A stretch of DNA of 64,000 nt from Geosiphon pyriformis uo1. Taxonomy: Eukaryota > Fungi > Glomeromycota. Below, in pieces: positions 27,878 to 38,699 of the stretch. The notes below the pieces were generated by a model. It had not been told where the DNA came from. It searched no databases and worked only from the letters and a program-made list of their open reading frames with translations. The stretch covers positions 1,238,255-1,302,254 of the forward strand of contig JAAOMT010000703.1 in assembly GCA_016748015.1 (NCBI GenBank), read 5' to 3'. Position 1 is the first letter of the stretch. Each line of letters opens with the position of its first letter. A program made the position numbers and the translations under genes.

Positions 27878-29729
27878 TTTAAAAAATTAATACTAGACCA
27901 AAATTGAGTTTTGAATACTTCACTATTCCTTAAATAATTTTTATATCAATCCTTACAAATTAAGAAATTAATAAATGATAAATCGATTAGATAATTAAAA
28001 ATAAACATTAATCTATCTCATATGAAAATCTGATGCACAATTTCAATTAGTTTTTCCCAGTAGAGTACTTTTAATCTTTTAAAATTATAAGAATAAATCC
28101 ATATCGAAAAAAATGATTTTCAAATAAATATTTGGAGCAACTCCAATTTTATAAATATTTTTTAGAGCCTAACCTGAATTTTTAAAAGTTTCATTAATAA
28201 TTTAAATTTTTTGTTTTAAATCTGGAACATCCCTTTCTCTCTTTAATTAAACATTCCTTAAAAATTTTCTGCTACAAATAAAGGAATTATCACACACTAA
28301 TAATATAAAATTTTAATTGAAAAATAATGTTATATTTTTTTGATAAGAATTTTTCAAATCACACTTCAAGAATATTGGGTTAAATATCTACATAATATTA
28401 GGTAAATTATAACCGAGAATCTTTGAAGATCAAATTTTTTTTATTTTTTAAATTTTCGAAATTATTTTTTTTCTCTATTTGATATTCAAAAATTAAATCT
28501 TTTATAATAAAATTGTGTATAGCTTTTAAGATTAAATGTCAGAAAACTTATAAAAATTGTTAGGACATCAATCAAATCTATAATTTGTCCTTCTTTTAAC
28601 TAAACAATTGTTCTCATTTTAAATCTATTTCGGTATTTAAATAAAAATATAGTTTATTTGAAATTTTTTATTATAATGAAAATTTTTAGCTTTTAATAAA
28701 TTTGAACATTAAGGAATCTGACTGAAATCAAGTAATTTTAATTCATTATAAAATTGTAATAATTCATTCACATTTAATAATTTTTAGATCATATGATTTT
28801 GAATGCAAAAAAAAATTTACTTTATCGAATATAAATCTGTCTAGTATTTCATTATTGTAAAATTTAGAAATTTTGAATGTGACTACGTGTTTGTGTATGT
28901 ATTAAAAAAAATTATTTGTGAAATACTTTAAAATTTGCATTCAAATTAATAAGAACAATAATAATAGAAATTTATAAAAAATCTAAACAAAAAAATTATA
29001 AAACAAAACTCAATAAATATTAAAAATTATCTTTAAGTTTATTCCTTATATATATTCCTCATTGATTATTGAAATCTAAATTTACATCTCATATAAGCAA
29101 TATATTTTGCAATTACAAAGCTTGATTTTCTTTAACTAAAAAGCCACTAATTTTTTATTTTCAAGTGTTAGCATCAATTTATGGTCATTAAGTTAAATCA
29201 AAAAGAAAAAACTAAAATGGCTAAACATATTAATAAGAATTATTGTTTTGAAATCATTAAAAATAAACAAAATTTGTTAATTCCTTACTTCTCATATTGT
29301 GATTATATTATAAGATGATAATATAAAAGTTTTTTTTGGTAAAAAAATTGTTTAAAACCATATAAAAAATTCAAAAACCAATTGCTACACCTGATCACAC
29401 TCTTAATTCTGCTGACAAAAATAATATTAATGTAGTGTTTGAAAAGCAATTTTAATTAAAGATACAATAACTTATAATTTTATTCCATTTTATTATAGAT
29501 CCTTGTTTATAGTGTGAATTAGGCAAAGCCTTCTCGCCCCATTTCAACTGCTGAAATTTATTTTTAGTTAGAGGGTAAAACTGGTTTAATAGCTTTGAAG
29601 AAATTCATCAAGCTAGTTTAGTGGAATACCAAAACTAATCTACACAAACTGTCACTACTGTTGTATTCGTATAATCAGGGAAACAATGAAAATATACATT
29701 GCTCTTACAAAATCTTATTGTTTACTGAG

Positions 29730-30240
29730 TATTCAGCGCATGGTCATGGTTGAAACGTATCAGAAAAATTTTCCAACACATATAACGATGGGAAACCAGA
29801 AACAATAACAACATCCCAATTAAAACCATTGCTGACAACAAATACCCCAATGAAAAGAAACGCTTAACAGCAACACCTATAAAACTAACCAGCATAGTCA
29901 AACACAGATAAATTCCATTCGTTTGTGTATTCTATAATTGTCATTTTTGTAAGTCTTTATTGGAGAGGAATTCGCTGTATTTAGTTGGTTTCGGCCTTAT
30001 TTCTGGCTGCTTTATTCTAATATCATGACTATCAATTTTTTGTCGCAAATCTCAGCATTTTCAAACCAAAATGGAGTTGACAAAAGTTCTTACCTGATAG
30101 AAAAATTAAAACGTGGAACGTTGACAAAACGGCCGCAAAATAACCAAAAGAAAGACGCTAATACCAAAAAGCTATCATCCACCCATAAAAGCCTACAAAA
30201 GCAACAAGAAATCCAAAGCCGTTGCTTATTTAGCAAAGGA
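29730..30240 (-). pseudogene. Possible decayed membrane-protein coding sequence with two similar hydrophobic hairpins
   Basis: Locally higher GC. The minus strand reads SNGFGFLVAFVGFYGWMIAFWY*RLSFGYFAAVLSTFHVLIFLS and TNGIYLCLTMLVSFIGVAVKRFFSLGYLLSAMVLIGMLLLFLVSH, with scattered stops. Confidence 0.35.
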
Positions 30241-31617
30241 AACATTGCAAATAAATTACATTTTAGGTGAGTGATTTCTTAATTCTACCTGACATTTCAA
30301 CATGAATTATTTATAAAACCTGAAGAATTTTGATAGAGAAATTGTCGTGATTAAAGAGAAGAATAAAATAATTAATAAAGTTTTTTATGTCTTATAAATT
30401 CTATTTCTATATATATATATATAAATTTAAAATTTGGCAAATTTCTGAATTTACAATCGAAGAGATGTTTTACCGCTTAATTTATATTTTTCATTCAAAT
30501 ATATTTAAAATTTATGATTTAAATTAAATATTAGAAAATGGTTGACATTGAACAAATTTACACTTATTATCTTGAAGTATTTTAATTTAAAAAAATTAGA
30601 TGAAAAAAAGTTATTTTTATGAAATCCTCAAAAACCAAATTAATGCACAGTCATTACACAAGATTTAACAGCCGAGATCTTAGATGGGTTAAAATAATCA
30701 AGATATAAATTATTTTGAGCACTTACTTTATGATAATAGTTTCAGACTATTTCCAATTAGTCTAAAATAAAAATTGACGATATTTGTTAAAAAAAAATAT
30801 TCAATTATTTAAAATTAACCAGAAAAGCTAATTAATTTCCCATCAACTTCAATTTATAGGCTGATATTCTGAAATTTATAATCTAACAAAAATAGCAAAT
30901 AGTTGCAATTTCATAAAATTCGATGTAGTTGTCTATTTTTAAAAGCCAAATTAATCTGCAGGGAACTCTATTCTGAGTAATTAAACAATTCAAGCTCATT
31001 TTAATACTCATAAATGATTTAAAACCCTTTAATATATCTATTTTAATGACATTTAGAAAATAAACCATTAGTAGTAATGTTAATATTCTCAGAAATTATG
31101 TTGCTATTTTTTTAACATTCTGTTAAAATGCTTTTCATAGCTTTCCCTATTTGAAATCAGATGAATAGTAAGCGAAATCTGCAATTATCTTCATTTACCT
31201 TAGAAATATTATATTCTTTTTACCCAAAATCTAAAATAGCTTGAAGTGTTAAAACTTATTTTCTGCTCGTTTCATTACATTTCTTTTATCTATTCCTTAT
31301 CTAATGCAAAAAGCGCGCAAAGACGCTGTAGTTTAAAAAAAAGATAGTTTTTGATAAATAAAAATATTTTGCTAGGACAGGAAGCCAACTGCTTTAGGCA
31401 AAATACTTATAGCTATTATATAAAAGATATATTAATTTGAGAGATATAATTAATATAGAATTAATAATAAAGGGAAAAAATCTATTATCTAAAAGTATTG
31501 TAAAAACAGTTTCTTATCATTTGGGATCATAAATTTATCTATTAAATCTCATAAATAGCAATGGAAATAGTGTTAATATATTTTTAAAAAAATTAGAACA
31601 TAAATTGTAAAAAGACT

Positions 31618-31863
31618 TTAAAGAAAAGATTCTTTAGCAATCACGGCAAAGGTGGTACTCGATTCAATTGTTGTGGTTTGTTGTTGCAATCGAACATTAA
31701 CATCTTCTGAACGTGGTAAGGAAAAAATAGCACTGCATCCATTAATAATATATTGTTCGATAGTCACATTTATTTCTGCTTCTTTTATTGGTAGTAGAAT
31801 GACTGAGTTATTGTTCCTTTGAGCATTATTAGCTTGAGTTTGTTGTTGATTTATAGCTACCAT
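31618..31863 (-). CDS. Uncharacterised 81-aa microprotein (S2), paralog of S1
   Basis: AQRNNN.VI...EINV.IE...I.GC.AIFS...SE..N.RLQQQ..T.ES.TTFAVIAKESFL is shared with 14504-14710. Has a Q/N-rich N-terminal extension. Confidence 0.8.
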   Translation of the reverse strand: MVAINQQQTQANNAQRNNNSVILLPIKEAEINVTIEQYIINGCSAIFSLPRSEDVNVRLQQQTTTIESSTTFAVIAKESFL

Positions 31864-33101
31864 ATTTTTGAATTAAAAAATTAAAAGAAGAAAATTTGAA
31901 ATGTTCAAAGAATAAATACTTGTTCAAATTTTTAGATAAAAGATTTAGAGGGATAAATCTCTAAGGACGCTTAGCTCTGTTTAAATAGAAATAGACTTGG
32001 GTTGAGGGCCATTTTCAATATTGGTGAAACAAAAGGTCCTTAATAAAACTTGATACAATATTTTCTTAAAATATTATTTGTCTAAAAAATATCAAATTCA
32101 TCAAAATACCATTTAAATTAGTTATAATCATAAAATAAATCTACTATAAAAATGATGATTTGCTACGATTTTGTGGCATAACTAGTTTTTAACCGAGATG
32201 ACAAAATTTTTTTTGATCAAAAAAAAATCATAAAAGGGAAATTAAAAATCAATTTAAATAGAATAATTACTAGTATGTGGGCAGTGTTATTTTCTTTCCC
32301 AATTTATTATATGCTGATGCTTAGTTATTTTCTTTTCAAAACCCCCAGTATTGATAATTTTAAATTTTAGAAAATTTGTTTATTCTCCTTTTAAACAATT
32401 CTGCAAAAGATGTTATCGTTAAAATTTTTCTTTTTAGAGGAAATGTGTCTCCATTTGCTTTATCTATTCTTAAGGTTTCGTTGTCAAAAGGTACTTTTAG
32501 AACGACAAAAGAGAAAAAATTAAAAATTTTATTTAGACAGAGTGAAGAAATTGAAAATTTGTCATATTTATGCCTTATCAAAAAAAAATTCCAAATAAAA
32601 GAGTATGGAAAAGATTAATTTTAATTTCCAATATTACAAATGAAAAAAAATTAAAGAATTTGATTGATGCATTAGTGAATTTTATTTTCATTCTTAAATC
32701 TAATTTAGAATACCAATGACAGTTTCAAACAAAAACTATTTGTCTCAATCATTTCCGCCATTTATCAGATAACTTTTCTACATTTAACGGATCAAAACAA
32801 TCTTCATGCATTTCAAAGTGAGTAAACTAGACTCAATTACGCAATAATTATCTGTTTCTAATACATGTACAAACTAGTACTTTTCCTTTAGTAAAAAACA
32901 TTAATAACCGAATTAAAAGTTATCTGTTATCTATTTAAATTGACAATTTTATTTAACAGATGATTGCAAAATTTACCAATATTCTTCAGATAAAGGGTTT
33001 GTAATGGAACAGAAATTCTTTACATTCATAAAAATCAGGAATATTTTTTCATTACTCAGTTATTTAATAAAAATAACTTATTAATAATATGTTTTGACTT
33101 G

Positions 33102-33137
<36 letters not shown>
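33102..33137. repeat. (ATT)n microsatellite
   Basis: About 12 ATT units. Confidence 0.9.
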
Positions 33138-33465
33138 TATAGACTCAAAATATTGAATAAAATGATTCCGAATATAAATTTTAAAAAATTGTGTATATCA
33201 AAAAAAGATAAAAAATAGTTTAGAAATCTCTTTATAAATGTAATATGATTATCACTTAAATTTTTATGTACGATATATGCATTAACTGCGTGGAGTTTTT
33301 AGCGAGCTGAAAATTAAAAAAAAAAAAAGAGTTTATCATCGATAATAAACAATGTCGTGCCACATACTCATCGAAAACCATATTTAAAAAAAATATATTT
33401 AACAAAATTAAAGGTTAATTATTAAAGAAGTCAAACATTATGAGCTAAATTTAATTTATATGGTC

Positions 33466-33900
33466 TCAAGTATAAAAAATATCGATACCTGAATCCATCA
33501 CAATTACATCATTTTCATTTCGTGATAGGATTGGATATAACGAAGTAGGATAGCTTAAATCTTTTTCCAATTCTTTAGTGAAATCAAAAGGTTGTCGAGT
33601 TTCCAATGATTGTTGGAAAGAATTTGAATATTTTAATTCTAAAACTTCATTCAGTGGGAATTGTTCTGAAGGTATGATAACTGGTGTAAAATTATTAAGA
33701 AACAAATTATTATTGTTCATCATATGATCAATTGAAGAGAACGGTATTGGAGATGATGAAAAATTGACAATTTCTAAATGGTTTGATTTCTCATAACATA
33801 TTAAACTGAAACCAATATTAAAACTCATTTGTTTCTGGAATATACATTTCAGACTTTTAAAAAGATGTTGAAATTTCTGGAATATATACTTCCATTGTTT
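33466..33900 (-). pseudogene. 5'-truncated HMG-2-like paralog: C-terminal region only, no HMG box
   Basis: ORF 33466-33828 matches the HMG-2 tail in order: ICYEKSN/ICYGEFN, TPV/TPV, LNEVLELK/FNESLEFK, KELEKDL/KDFEKDF, IDIFYT/IYFYS. Upstream sequence has stops and then pure AT DNA. Confidence 0.6.
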
Positions 33901-34519
33901 TAGCTTTTTTTAAAATGCGTTAAGCTGAATCAAAAACATTGAATAACCTATCACTTACATACTAAAATTTTAAATGAAAATTAACATAGTGATTAGAGAT
34001 AAAATTTATTCTTTTAGATCAATTTTATGAAATGGTTAAAGAAATAATTAAAATTTAATCTTTGTATCTCATAAAGTTTTATTTTTGGTTATTTTATTAA
34101 AAAATTATTTTCGAAGTGCAAATTAAAAAAATTTTATATATTATCAATCAAAAAATTTTAATTATAAACATATAAATAAATAATATAAAATTTTTTAATT
34201 ATTGATGTATCAAATAAAAATTTCTAATTATTAATGTTAAAAATATTATTATAACTATATTAATGTGTTATTTAAATTTAAAGTTTATAAACTTTTCTTT
34301 TTTACCATATATTAAATTATTGTCTTGGCTTATAAAAAAAAAATAAAGTTTTTTTTTAAGATTTTATAAATTTTGTAAAAGATTTATCACAGTAATAAAA
34401 TTAAAGAAATTTATTTTAATCTAAAATTTTAAATGGAAAAATACGCAAACACAAATAAAATGAAAGTTATAAATAGTATAATAAATGTCTGAAAAGAAAA
34501 AATAATATTCATGAAACAC

Positions 34520-37130
34520 GATAATTGACTTTTAACATCAGGAATATCTCAGTGACTTAAAATAATAAATAAAAAAAAAATTAAGAGTTATAATTTATTT
34601 ATTTAATTTGGTTTGATATTCTTCAAGGCTTTGCAATCATGCTTTTATTATTATATAAAGACATAGAACATTGTTTTATAAAAATAACGTGGACAAAGAT
34701 TTTAGTAAGAGCTATAAAAAAATAAAATTTTAAAATGTCGATTCCTTAAAGGAATAGATAAATAACAGTATTTTATTATTATTTTATTATAATACATAAA
34801 AATTGTTTTCAACATGGATAAGTATTTTGCTGGGGTATAAATAGTTGTGTTAATCTAATCTTTCATATTTAATAAAACAAATAATTAATCTAGTTTAGCT
34901 TTTAGTTTAAAAATTCCCTCCAATTCACACGCTATAAAGCCAAATTCACAAGATTTAAATTAATAACAGTAATAACCCTCATAACAGAACAATCAATCGA
35001 TCAATTGCAAGCGATCAATATTTGTTATTTGTTATTTCACTAAATAGGTAGAGATTGATTTAGATATTAATTATAATCTTTTAAAAAGCTGACTTTAATT
35101 AAAAATTTGCTTAAAGTCGTTAAGTGATTGCATATATTGGATAGTTATTTATTTATTTAGTTAAATTTTGATTAATGAATTTCTATATCAAAAGATCAAA
35201 TTAATTAAATTAAATAATCAAAATATTTTTTTCGCATTACCCCTCCCCCTTTAAGTTTTAAATCGTGATTTAAAGATTGTTCTTTCTTTATCATAAGAAG
35301 ACTTTCAGACTTGGAAACTTTCGAAATTCATAGAAACCTTAAACCATCACATCTCCTTTATTTATCTTTATCAATTTTCTATTTTGTATATGAAACTTCT
35401 TGAATCAACATAGAATGAAAAATTTCATTTTTTTTCTACTGTTTATATCTATAAAAATTTATTTGAGTTCTAGCAAGAACTTTTCATTTAACCAAAATGA
35501 TTTAGAATTGAACTTCGATAAAGAGTTGAACAAAATCCTATTTAAAGGTATTTAACTTTATAATTATTTCTGGTTAAATTGCTAGGGTGAATTCCTTATC
35601 AAACAGAAATAAAACTCAACGTTTTAAATAAAGAAGTTTCGAGAGTAAGGCCCTTTGAGGAAGAAAAAAACAAGAATTTAATGAGATTGAGAAAAGAAAA
35701 GAAACTGTATTGGAAACGAACACAAAATTCGTTGGGCCCTATAAAAAAGGAAGTCAAAACAGAAAAAATCAGAGTCTTTAACAAGACTGCAATACTTTTT
35801 ATGAGGCGGATGGCAGAAATTGCAAATTTTGCGTATTGTGGCTCGTTAAATCGAATCGGAAGAGTTGTAGGGGATAACGAAGTGATTGGTAAATAATTTT
35901 TATTTAATATTCAATTTATGCTAAAGTGAAAAATTTGTCCAAAACATACTTATGGATTATATAGCTGATTTTTGGGTGAATAAGATTGACGGCATCAGAT
36001 TTGTCGCATACTTTCGAGGACCAAACCTTAGTAAAGAGCAATGGCGTCAGAGATCAATTTACATGGCTCCAATAGAAGTAGATCCTCTTTGGCGCGAAAA
36101 CAGCATGGTCGATGCTACTTGGCTGAAACATACCAAGATGATGATCCCTTTATTTATTGAAAAGTTTAATAAATTGCGAATCAAGCCTAATAAAATTTCT
36201 TTTGTTGGACATGGAATTGGTGGAGGTAAATCATTTGTCACCAAAAATAATTTTTGTTTAATAAAAGCCTTATTTTGCTTACTGATATTTTTTTTCTAAA
36301 GCATATGCAATGCTAACCGCCTTGTATTTTCGTAATCTTATACTTAATGGGACGCTAAAATCAAATGGGGATATAAGCATATATAAAATTAATATTATCA
36401 CATTTGGTGCTCCTCGAGTTGGAAATTTAGCATTTGTTAACCAAGTGAAGCGATCATTTCATGTTAGAAATCTTTTCCGGATAACTCATTTTAACGATTG
36501 GGTTTCTCGGGATTTTATGTCCAAGCGTCAGTTTTTACATCATGAGCTGGAGTATTGGTTGGACTATGAAAAAGATGATTGTGGGTGTCCATCAGAAAAA
36601 CAAATTCTTTTTCAATGTTTTGGGCGAAACTCTAGGCAAGAGGTTGATGAAAATGAGGTAAGCTTTGCATTATAAAATGTTTCTTTGATGATCTAATTAT
36701 TATAATCATTACAATCGCTATTTTAGGGATGCAATTTGGGAACAGTTGACTCCGAAGAAGGGAATTATATTGTTAACCTAAATCTTGGGCCTTACTTTGG
36801 TATTAAATTCGGCATATGTACCCGCAACAAAATGACCTTTTCAGAACAAGATTCTCATTTTTATTAAATTTATGGTACAGTGGCTTTTATATCTGATTAA
36901 TACCAAAAACTATACCTCGTATTTATGAATCTGAGGATTTTTTTGGCTGTAAATCTTTTATAGATGTCTCCGAAGCCAATAAAGTCTCTTATTTAATAAA
37001 ATAAGAATGTGTTGAGAATTTTTACTCACTGAAAAATTGAGATTATATTTATAGGACTCGCTAAGTAAAAGAATGGTCCATAGCAATTCTTATTCTGGTT
37101 GATAAATATTTTATTCAGAATCTATAATTT
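34520..37130 (+). repeat. Segmental duplication unit, inverted relative to 19600-22370
   Basis: See the partner unit. Upstream and downstream flanks and the L4 gene are shared. Confidence 0.88.
35415..36867 (+). CDS. Secreted class 3 lipase-fold pseudo-enzyme L4, 5 exons
   Basis: Exons 35415-35547, 35607-35888, 35965-36225, 36302-36657 and 36727-36867 join in frame through GT-AG introns. Motifs YFRGP, VGHGIGGAYA, ITFGAPRVGN, RITHFNDW, NLGPYFG. Confidence 0.92.
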
Positions 37131-38699
37131 TGAACAATCTGTCCAATACTTCTTTAGCCCAGTCATAATAGCATGGTTTAATTGAATGGTTAAGAAAATT
37201 TTCAAATAAATCTATTATTCGATATATATATATATATATAAATGTATATTTTTAATACATAAATTTCAGAAAAAATTAAACAAAATGTTAATATTTGTAA
37301 CAATGATTATTTTATAATAATATTCAAGTAATTGGTCCAAAATTTGCTGCAAGATTTGAATTCTCTATATTATAAAGCAAAAAAATAATTATAATTATTT
37401 AGAGAACAAAGTTAGTTATTCTGACAATTGCAACATTTAAAAACATTAATATTGAATTATTAAAAATAAAAAAATTTAAGAAACATTAAAAAATGTAAAA
37501 TTATTTCTAATAACAGCATTTTCGGATATTTTATGACTTTTTTTAAGTTATTTATATCAAAAAAATATTTATTTAAATACTTATCCAATTTTTTTATTAA
37601 AACATTTTTATTTGTACGATTTTTTTGCTACTTTCTACAGCAGTGTTTTGCTTTTCACAGATTTATTAATTATTTAATAATAACTTTGTCTATTAAACTT
37701 TTTTATGTTCTATTAAAGATTTTGAAACTAACAAGAAAAACCTGTCTTTCTTAAAATAATTACTTTTTTTAATTTAATAAGAAAAAGATTCAAACAATGT
37801 TTTTTTACTAAAATTTATTACTATAAAACACTGTTTATAGTATTCAAAACTTATTGATCAGAAAATAAAAAATTAAATAATACTTATAGATATTATACAG
37901 GTAAAAAAATATTTTACAAGATATTTCACATTCTTTATAATAAATTTAGCTTGTTAAAAAACAATTGAACACAAATTATGTATTACAATTTCAAAGCTAA
38001 ATAATTTAATAATTTAATAATTTTATAATAATATTTATTATTTTTATTATTTTTATATATATATTTATTGAATTTATAATGAATAAATAGCAAATAAAAA
38101 TTAAAGTATACACTTTTTCTGGCAAAATAAATGAAAAAACCTAGAATAAAATTGAATTTTATTAATTCAAAAGCTATTTAAATGTTATAAAATTTTAAAT
38201 AAAATAGATAAATTGAAGAAAAATTTACTTTTTAATTTTTGTGATCATAATACAGATAATAATAATTATATTATTAATAAAAGTTATGAAAATAAAAAAC
38301 ATATATTAATAATTAAAAAAACTAAATATGTAATAATAAATTTATTAACTACTCAAATTTTAATTAATTTTTTAAAATAATATAATGTATTTTATATTAA
38401 TTATAAAAAATACTATAATAAATATTATAGACAATATTTTACAAAAATAAACAAACCAAAATTAGCCAATTTAGAATTATTAAAAAACATTGGTTTTTTA
38501 TATATTTTAATTAATATATATATATCTTTTTTTTCTTATTTTTATGATTACATTTAAAATAAAAAGTAAAAAAGTTACAAACACCATAATATTTAAAATT
38601 ACTGAAAATATTTTTATTAAAATTGCACTTATAGCTACAAAAACTATTCAATAGCACTTTGTAAAAATGTTTTTCTTAAATAATATTATAATAAACCAG

